From: an uncultured Clostridia bacterium
GTDB taxonomy: Bacteria; Bacillota; Clostridia; TANB77; CAG-508
Assembly: GCA_944387395.1 (NCBI GenBank)
Contig: CALXEU010000017.1
Coordinates: forward strand, 92-64,091
Direction: 5' to 3'
Length of the DNA: 64,000 bases
The position numbers were made by a program, and so were the translations under genes. Of this stretch, positions 57,176 to 64,000 are shown in pieces; within the stretch, counting starts at the first letter, position 1; each line of letters starts with the position of its first letter. The notes under the pieces are model-generated. The model saw only the letters and a program-made list of their open reading frames with translations, did no database searches and was not told where the DNA came from.

Positions 57176-58441
57176 TTATTTTAATATTTTTCCTTCTAAT
57201 TCTCTTGTATCTTCTCTATTTTCTTCTACTAGTACACTTAGAATATTATTAACAAATAAATTTTCTTGTTCTTTTGTTCCCGGAACATTAACCATAATAT
57301 AGTTCTTTGTATGACCTTTAAAAAATCCATTATCAAATTCTTCAAACAAAACATTTACTGTTTTTCCAATATATGAATTATTATGTTTATTTTCATTTTC
57401 ATTAGATAATTCTATTAGTCTATTGCTTCTTTGTTCTTTTATATTTCCATCTATTTGCTTTGGCATTTTTTCTGCAGGTGTTCCTTTTCTTTGAGAATAC
57501 TTAAATATGTGCATTCTATAAAAATCTACATCATTCAAAAAATTATATGTTTCTTCAAATTCTTCATTAGTTTCTCCTGGAAAACCTACTATTACATCTG
57601 TTGTAAAACTAACATTTGGATAATAGTCTCTTAATAAATCTGTTGCTTGCTTATATTGTTTAGTTGTATATTTTCTATTCATTCTTTTTAAAACAGAATC
57701 ACAACCACTTTGCAAAGATAAGTGAAAATGATCACATATTTTTTCTAATTTAGAAAGTCTTTCTACAAATTCTTTATCTATTAGAGTTGGCTCTAAAGAA
57801 CCTAATCTTATTCTTTCTATTCCATCTATTTTATTAATTGCCTCTAATAAATCTATTAACCTAATTTTTTTGCCTTCTGCATCAAAGTCTTTACCATAAG
57901 AAGCAACATGTATTCCTGTTATTACAACTTCTTTAATTCCACTTTTTGCAATTTTTTCTATTTCTGAGACTACACTTTCTATTTTTCTACTTCTAATTCT
58001 TCCTCTCGCATAAGGAATAATACAATATGTACAAAACATATTGCATCCATCTTGTACTTTTATAACTGCTCTATTTTTTTCTGTATATGTAACATCTCCA
58101 AAATCTATAAATTCGCATTGTGTTGATACATCTGAAATTCTTTCAACTTTTTCTTTATTATTAATATATTCTTCAACAATTTTAACAATATTATTTTTTT
58201 CGTTAGTTCCTAAAATAATATCTATTTCTGGAATTTTTTCTAATTCTTTACTTGCAACTTGAGCATAGCATCCACACACAACTAAGATTGAATTTTTATT
58301 TAATTCCTTTACTCTTCTTAACATTTGACGCGATTTTCTTTCTGCCATATTTGTTACTGTGCAAGTATTTATTACATAAATATCCGCTTCTTTGGTGTTT
58401 TCTACTATTTTATATCCACAATTTATAAACTGTTGCTCCAT
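57176..58441 (-). CDS. mtaB: tRNA methylthiotransferase MtaB-like (radical SAM MTTase); N-terminus disrupted by an apparent +1 frameshift
   Basis: Radical SAM CxxxCxxC (CNMFCTYC) and a TRAM-like C-terminus. The expected N-terminus MKTVAFYTLGCKVNQYETNA is encoded upstream (to 58502) in another frame, separated by one extra nucleotide near 58474. Confidence 0.7.
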   Translation of the reverse strand: MEQQFINCGYKIVENTKEADIYVINTCTVTNMAERKSRQMLRRVKELNKNSILVVCGCYAQVASKELEKIPEIDIILGTNEKNNIVKIVEEYINNKEKVERISDVSTQCEFIDFGDVTYTEKNRAVIKVQDGCNMFCTYCIIPYARGRIRSRKIESVVSEIEKIAKSGIKEVVITGIHVASYGKDFDAEGKKIRLIDLLEAINKIDGIERIRLGSLEPTLIDKEFVERLSKLEKICDHFHLSLQSGCDSVLKRMNRKYTTKQYKQATDLLRDYYPNVSFTTDVIVGFPGETNEEFEETYNFLNDVDFYRMHIFKYSQRKGTPAEKMPKQIDGNIKEQRSNRLIELSNENENKHNNSYIGKTVNVLFEEFDNGFFKGHTKNYIMVNVPGTKEQENLFVNNILSVLVEENREDTRELEGKILK

Positions 58442-58742
58442 TGCATTTGTTTCGTACTGATTTACTTTACAACCGTAATGTATAAAATGCTACTGTTTTC
58501 ATTTATTTTTCGTCCCCTTATTTAGAAATGTCTATTAATTTTACCACCATTTAGCTCAGATTTCAATATTTTTATGTAAATTAAGTGTATTTTTTACCCT
58601 TAATTTAGGTATATTTGTAATAATATAAATTTAAATTTATTTTTACTATTAGATAAACATTAATTAACTGATTTCTGTAAATATTAATCTATGTATGATA
58701 TAAATTTTATAAATAGTTAATTATTTATTAAGAGGTGAAATT

Positions 58743-59066
58743 ATGGCAGTTGATTATAGTATTATTGGTCATAGACTAAAAAACGCAAGATTAGATGCAG
58801 GACTAACACAACAAGAACTTGCAGAAAAGACAAATCTTTCTGTTGCATTTATTAGTAGAGTAGAACGTGGTAATTCACATATTAATTTAAAAAGACTAAC
58901 TCAATTTTGTAATTTACTTGGAATTTCAGAAGGAGAAATTTTAACAGGAGTTTCTGATTCTGATCAAGAATATTTATTTACTGAATTTAATGAGATTTTA
59001 AAGAACTGCTCCCCTGAAAAGCAAAAATTAATATATAAAATTGCAAAAATGATTGCAGAAGATTAA
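58743..59066 (+). CDS. XRE family helix-turn-helix transcriptional regulator
   Basis: HTH LTQQELAEKTNLSVAFISRVERG. 107 aa. RBS AGAGGTG. Confidence 0.75.
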   Translation: MAVDYSIIGHRLKNARLDAGLTQQELAEKTNLSVAFISRVERGNSHINLKRLTQFCNLLGISEGEILTGVSDSDQEYLFTEFNEILKNCSPEKQKLIYKIAKMIAED

Positions 59067-59091
59067 AATATTCAGATTTTTTAATACATAA

Positions 59092-59130
59092 ATATATAGT
59101 GTGTTTTATATACTATATATTTTTTTATTT
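59092..59130 (+). terminator. rho-independent terminator after the XRE gene
   Basis: ATATATAGT-n11-ACTATATAT followed by TTTTTTT. Confidence 0.5.
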
Positions 59131-59302
59131 TTACATTTTTTTCATTGATAATTATTATTCCGTATGTTAATATTATTAGAGTATTAATTTATTAATATAA
59201 AGTAAAATTTATCCAAATAATTAAATTTTTCATATTATAATATTAATAATTAATGCAAAACTAAAAATATATGTACAATTAATTCATAGGAGGTATTTAT
59301 TT

Positions 59303-61534
59303 ATGGAATTCAATCAATGGAACAGATTTGAAAAGGGTGAATGGACAAAGGAAATAGATGTAAGAGACTTTATTCAAAAAAATTATACTCCATATACTGG
59401 AGATGATAGCTTTTTGGTTGGTCCTACTGAAAAAACAAATAATCTTTGGAATAAGGTTTTAAATTTATATGAAAAAGAAAAGGAAAATGGAGTTTTAGAT
59501 GTTGATGTAAAAACTCCATCTGGAATTAATAGATATGAAGCAGGATATATCGACAAAAATCTTGAAGAAATAGTTGGTCTTCAAACAGATGCCCCATTAA
59601 AAAGAGCAATTATGCCAAATGGGGGTATTCGAATTGTTGAAAAATCTTGTGAAGCATATGGATATAAAGTAGATGATGAAATTGAATATGTTTATCATAA
59701 TTTAAGAAAAACACATAATGATGGTGTTTTTGATGTATATACTCCAGACATTAGAGTTGCACGTTCTCATCATTTATTAACCGGTCTTCCAGATGGATAT
59801 GGACGTGGTCGTATAATCGGAGATTACAGAAGAGTTTCCTTATATGGTGTTGATGCACTAATTGCAGAGAAAAAGGAAGAATTAAATATTTTAGATGTAG
59901 ACGAATTTACAGAGCAAGTAGTTCGTGATAGAGAAGAAATATCTGAACAAATAAAAGCATTAGAAGATTTAAAGAAAATGGCTTTAAAATATGGATTTGA
60001 CATTTCAGTTCCAGCAAAAGATTCTAAAGAAGCTGTTCAATGGCTATACTTTGCTTATTTAGGAGCTGTAAAAGACCAAAATGGTGCTGCTATGTCTATT
60101 GGAAGAATTTCTACCTTCTTAGATATTTATTTTGAAAGAGACTTAAAAGCAGGTACAATTACAGAAGAAGAAGTTCAAGAGCTTATGGATCATTTTGTTA
60201 TGAAATTAAGAATGGTACGTTTCTTAAGAACTCCAGAATATAATGAATTATTCTCTGGAGATCCTGTTTGGGTTACTGAAAGTATTGGTGGTATGGGAAT
60301 TGATGGTAGAACATTAGTTACAAAAAACTCATTTAGAATGCTTCACACACTTGAGACTCTTGGTGCTGCACCAGAACCTAATTTAACTGTTTTATGGTCA
60401 AAAAATCTACCAAAGAGTTTTAAAGATTATTGTGCAAAAATTTCTATTAAAACATCTTCTATTCAATATGAAAATGACGACTTAATGAGAATTACTTTAG
60501 GAGATGATTATGGAATAGCATGCTGTGTTTCTGCAATGAAGATTGGTAAACAAATGCAATTCTTTGGAGCAAGAGCAAATTTAGCAAAAGCATTACTTTA
60601 TGCAATTAATGGTGGTAGAGATGAAAATACAGGAAAACAAGTAACACCTCTATTTGCCCCTATTACTTCTGAATATTTAGACTATGATGAGGTAATCAAA
60701 AAATATGATCAAATGTTAGATTATGTTGCTAAAATATACATGAAATCTTTAAATGCAATTCATTATATGCATGATAAATATTCTTATGAGGCATTAGAGA
60801 TGGCTCTACATGATAAAGATATCTTAAGAACTATGGCTTGTGGAATTGCTGGTCTTTCAGTTGTAGCAGATTCCCTATCTGCAATAAAATATGCAAAAGT
60901 AAAAGTTATTCGTGATGAAACAGGACTTGCAAAAGACTATGTTATTGAAGGTGATTTTCCTAAATACGGAAATGACGATGATAGAGTTGATGAGATTGCC
61001 GTAAGTATTGTAAAATCATTTATGAAAAAATTACAAGGACATTACACATATAGAGGCTCAAAACCAACACTTTCAATATTAACAATTACCTCAAATGTTG
61101 TATATGGAAAAGCAACAGGAAATACTCCAGATGGTCGTAGAGCAGGTGCTCCATTCGGACCTGGTGCAAACCCACTACACGGAAGGGATTCTCAAGGTGC
61201 ACTTTCTGTTATGAATACTATTGCTAAGCTTCCATATGAGTATTCAGAAGATGGAATATCTTTCACTTTCTCGATTACACCTGGAACTTTAGGTCATGAA
61301 ATGCAAACAAGAATTGATAACTTAGTTGGAATGCTTGATGGATATTTTATCCAAACAGGACACCATATAAATGTTAATGTATTTGATAGAAGTCTACTTG
61401 AAGATGCAATGGAACATCCTGAAAAATATCCTCAACTTACAATCCGTGTTTCTGGATATGCTGTAAACTTTGTAAAATTAACTAGAGAGCAACAATTAGA
61501 TGTTATAAATAGAACTATTCATGAAAGAATTTAG
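59303..61534 (+). CDS. pflB: formate C-acetyltransferase (pyruvate formate-lyase)
   Basis: 743 aa. Glycyl-radical C-terminus (RVSGYAV) and the PFL active-site Cys pair (CCVS). Confidence 0.9.
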   Translation: MEFNQWNRFEKGEWTKEIDVRDFIQKNYTPYTGDDSFLVGPTEKTNNLWNKVLNLYEKEKENGVLDVDVKTPSGINRYEAGYIDKNLEEIVGLQTDAPLKRAIMPNGGIRIVEKSCEAYGYKVDDEIEYVYHNLRKTHNDGVFDVYTPDIRVARSHHLLTGLPDGYGRGRIIGDYRRVSLYGVDALIAEKKEELNILDVDEFTEQVVRDREEISEQIKALEDLKKMALKYGFDISVPAKDSKEAVQWLYFAYLGAVKDQNGAAMSIGRISTFLDIYFERDLKAGTITEEEVQELMDHFVMKLRMVRFLRTPEYNELFSGDPVWVTESIGGMGIDGRTLVTKNSFRMLHTLETLGAAPEPNLTVLWSKNLPKSFKDYCAKISIKTSSIQYENDDLMRITLGDDYGIACCVSAMKIGKQMQFFGARANLAKALLYAINGGRDENTGKQVTPLFAPITSEYLDYDEVIKKYDQMLDYVAKIYMKSLNAIHYMHDKYSYEALEMALHDKDILRTMACGIAGLSVVADSLSAIKYAKVKVIRDETGLAKDYVIEGDFPKYGNDDDRVDEIAVSIVKSFMKKLQGHYTYRGSKPTLSILTITSNVVYGKATGNTPDGRRAGAPFGPGANPLHGRDSQGALSVMNTIAKLPYEYSEDGISFTFSITPGTLGHEMQTRIDNLVGMLDGYFIQTGHHINVNVFDRSLLEDAMEHPEKYPQLTIRVSGYAVNFVKLTREQQLDVINRTIHERI

Positions 61535-61604
61535 TTTAAACAATTCAAATTATTATATGGAGCCAAAGTATTGATATTTGGCTCCTAAATTTAAGGATAA
61601 CAAA

Positions 61605-61752
61605 GGTTGAAAAATAATTAGGATTTTGGCGTTGTCAATCTTCATTTTTAATTTAATCAACGTACAATCAGTACGTCTCATAAATTTAAAATTCGCTTTC
61701 CTAGCCAAAATTTAATTATTTCCCAACCGAATTTGTGCCTTTGGGAAGGAAT
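61605..61752 (+). repeat. structured ~150-nt leader-like element, copy C, between pflB and pflA
   Basis: Same family as copies A and B. The 3' strand of the closing helix (TTCCCAACC) can alternatively pair with the SD region (TTGGGAAGG). Confidence 0.6.
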
Positions 61753-61761
61753 GAGAAAAAA

Positions 61762-62496
61762 ATGGAACAAAATTCACAATTAGAACTAACTTGCCCTATT
61801 CACTCTTTCGAAAGTCTTGGTGCAGTTGATGGACCTGGAATAAGATTTGTAATTTTTACACAGGGGTGTAATTTAAGATGTAAATATTGTCAGAATAGGG
61901 ATACTTGGTGTCATAGTGCTGGAACAGTATATACAGTTAAAGAAGTTTTATCAAAAATTTTACGTTATAAAAATTATATTGTGCCTTCTGGCGGCGGTGT
62001 TACTGTAAGTGGTGGTGAACCTCTTATTCATATACAATTTTTAATTGCTTTATTTACTGAATTAAAGAAGTCTAGTATTCACACTGCAATAGACACATCT
62101 GGTGTTTTTTATCTTACAGATGAAATGAAGAAATTAATAGATTTAACTGATTTGTTTTTATTAGATATAAAATGTATTAACGATGAAATTTGTAAAGATT
62201 TAACTGGCGTATCTAATCAGAAAGAACTTGAATTTGCAAAATATTTAAGTAATATCGGAAAGCCTATGTGGATTAGACAAGTTTTAGTTCCGGGTTACAC
62301 AGATAAAGAAGAAGACTTAATAAAACTAAAAGAATTTCTTGACAGTTTAAGAACTGTACAGAATATAGAAATTCTTCCATATCATGATATGGGAAAACAT
62401 AAATGGACTGAACTAGGATTTTCTTATCCTTTAGAAGGAAATAGAACTGCAAATCGAGAAGATGTTGATAGAACTAAAAAGATTTTAGGAATTTAA
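61762..62496 (+). CDS. pflA: pyruvate formate-lyase activating enzyme
   Basis: Radical SAM CNLRCKYCQN and the PflA family. Start placed at MEQNSQ, which is 10 nt after the SD-like GGAAGGAATGAG. The track's upstream ATG at 61735 lies inside the repeat element. Confidence 0.85.
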   Translation: MEQNSQLELTCPIHSFESLGAVDGPGIRFVIFTQGCNLRCKYCQNRDTWCHSAGTVYTVKEVLSKILRYKNYIVPSGGGVTVSGGEPLIHIQFLIALFTELKKSSIHTAIDTSGVFYLTDEMKKLIDLTDLFLLDIKCINDEICKDLTGVSNQKELEFAKYLSNIGKPMWIRQVLVPGYTDKEEDLIKLKEFLDSLRTVQNIEILPYHDMGKHKWTELGFSYPLEGNRTANREDVDRTKKILGI

Positions 62497-62498
62497 TA

Positions 62499-62550
62499 AA
62501 TAAGACCTCAAATAAGAAATTCATTTTTCTTACTTGAGGTCTTATTGTTT
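62499..62550. terminator. bidirectional terminator (pflA / permease convergent)
   Basis: AATAAGACCTCAA...TTGAGGTCTTATT long hairpin with flanking T-runs. Confidence 0.65.
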
Positions 62551-63404
62551 TAAAATATTAAATCTATAATTATTCCTGAAATTACTGAGATTATATACAT
62601 TATAGATAATATGCTTATGTTTTGTTTTAGATTTTTATTTGTTTTAAATAAAATTAATGTTCCAACACCAGAGCCTACTAACAATCCTGCAATCATTGAT
62701 CCAATGCTTATTACATTAGATAAATATAGTTGGGTTAATATTACAGAACTTGCACAATTTGGTATTATTCCTACTAATCCAGAAATTAATATTCCAACAA
62801 TAGGCATATTTAGTATTAATTTAGAGATATTATCCTCTCCTATGAAATAGATTAAAGTATTTATTACAAAAGTTACTATTAATATAAAAATTACTATATT
62901 TATAGTATGCTTTAATGCTGATTTTAAAATACCTTCTTTTTCACAGTGGCAATGACCATCCTCACAAAGATGATGTATTGCCTCTTCTGTTTCATTCTTT
63001 TCTTTATTTTTTCTAAATCTTAATACAAAGTCTATTGCAAAACCAGCAAGTATTCCTATTGTTAGTTTAATAGCTAGAATTTGCAAGATAATACCTATTG
63101 GTGCCGCTTCGGAAATTAATATTGGAAGCATTTCATCTGATGTAGACAAAAACACTGCAACTAATGTTCCAACACTTATTATTCTTCCTGCATAAAGATT
63201 AGCAGCTGTTGCAGAAAAACCACATTGTGGAAATATTCCAAGTAATCCTCCCCATAATGGCCCAAATTTTCCTGATTTTTTGATTATGTTTTTTGTTTTA
63301 GAGCTAGTTTTATGTTCTAAATATTCCATTAATAGATATGCTAAAAATAAAAATGGTATTAATTTTAAGCAGTCTATAATTGTTTCTTCTATTACTTCTA
63401 TCAT
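62550..63404 (-). CDS. putative metal-ion permease/exporter with His/Cys-rich cytoplasmic loop (ArsP_2/DUF2899-like)
   Basis: About 8-10 TM helices. Central loop HHLCEDGHCHCEKEG. FGPLWGGLLGIFPQCGF-type segment. Confidence 0.45.
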   Translation of the reverse strand: MIEVIEETIIDCLKLIPFLFLAYLLMEYLEHKTSSKTKNIIKKSGKFGPLWGGLLGIFPQCGFSATAANLYAGRIISVGTLVAVFLSTSDEMLPILISEAAPIGIILQILAIKLTIGILAGFAIDFVLRFRKNKEKNETEEAIHHLCEDGHCHCEKEGILKSALKHTINIVIFILIVTFVINTLIYFIGEDNISKLILNMPIVGILISGLVGIIPNCASSVILTQLYLSNVISIGSMIAGLLVGSGVGTLILFKTNKNLKQNISILSIMYIISVISGIIIDLIF

Positions 63405-63588
63405 TTTTTCATTCCTTTATTATATATTTTGACTCGCTTTTTATATTACCATATTTTTTTAGTTTGCGCAAGTAAAGTTTTATAAAATTTACATAAAAGT
63501 TTTATGTTGTTATTATCTAAACTCTGTAATATTTTTTAAATTTGCTAATATATTTTAATACAATAAAAAAGTTTAAGGAGTTTTATTT

Positions 63589-64000
63589 TGATATCTTCTA
63601 GTTCTTCTATTTTACAAAATAAGTATAGAACAAAAACAAGGAGCAAAAGCTTATTTGCTTCTTTACGAAAAAACTTACTTTGCATTATATTTGTTACCTT
63701 TACTTTATCTTTGGTCGTATTTTCTAAAAGTAATTTAGCAGCTGCAAAATCTGGTTTAAAACTTTGGGCAAATAACGTTGTTCCAAGTTTATTTCCATTT
63801 TTTATTGCAACCAATTTGCTTTCTCACACCGATGTTATAAAATATGTTAGCAGAGTTTTTAATAAGATAATGAGACCTATTTTTAATGTTCCTGGAGAAT
63901 CTGCTTATGCTTTTATTTTGGGATTAATTTCTGGATACCCCGTTGGAGCTAAAATTGTAACAAATCTTCGTAACTCTTCTTTATGCACAAAAGATGAGGG
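63589..64000 (+). CDS. ylbJ: sporulation integral membrane protein YlbJ (partial, continues beyond the window)
   Basis: Not in the ORF track (TTG start, truncated). Translation LW.NNVVPSLFPFFIATNLL...GYPVGAKIVTNLR matches the B. subtilis YlbJ blocks. AAGGAG lies 7 nt before the TTG. Confidence 0.65.

Noticed and set aside
59067-59302. ZTP (pfl motif) riboswitch or Rex/Fnr site upstream of pflB
   Set aside because: The 236-nt upstream region is almost pure A/T and has none of the GC-rich conserved pfl-motif blocks. No TTGTGAA-N4-TTCACAA Rex box was seen.
61735-61761. Upstream ATG extension of pflA (MPLGRNEKK...)
   Set aside because: That ATG lies inside the structured repeat (copy C). The conserved SD-like motif of the element precedes the ATG at 61762, and the PflA family N-terminus aligns from MEQNSQ.
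63545-63814. 89-aa minus-strand ORF at the window end
   Set aside because: It overlaps the + strand partial ylbJ gene, whose translation matches YlbJ conserved blocks. The minus ORF has no RBS or homology.

Overview
AT-rich (~28% GC) chromosomal segment from a spore-forming Firmicute, Clostridia-like. It is dense with sporulation and cell-envelope genes plus housekeeping translation and tRNA-modification genes.

Sporulation genes: spoIIAA-spoIIAB-sigF, spoIID, pro-sigK, sspH, a ctpB-like protease, a partial ylbJ, and three tiny YjcZ-type peptides.

Housekeeping: glyQS, metG, an alaS-like gene, ylxM-ffh-rpsP-rimM-trmD-rplS, tsaE-tsaB-rimI, miaA, mtaB, mutL, recG, ftsEX with two EnvC-like M23 peptidases, sepF-divIVA, split transketolase, pflB-pflA, and tRNA-Thr, tRNA-Gln and tRNA-His.

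Signals that are not ordinary genes:
1. A candidate type I toxin-antitoxin module at 14.8-15.1 kb. A 36-aa hydrophobic peptide gene converges on a ~90-nt antisense RNA that is driven by a perfect TTGACA-17-TATAAT promoter and overlaps the peptide gene's 3' end.
2. A ~150-nt structured element present three times (25.6 kb, 55.2 kb, 61.6 kb). Each copy is co-oriented with the downstream gene, ends at its Shine-Dalgarno, and shows compensatory base changes in a long closing helix.
3. Three tandem perfect DnaA boxes between recG and glyQS.
4. A 3 x 32-bp phased direct-repeat array.
5. Two single-gene islands of atypically high GC (35.2-36.0 kb and 44.7-45.9 kb).
6. An apparent +1 frameshift at codon 9 of mtaB.

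No CRISPR array, transposase or integrase was seen.
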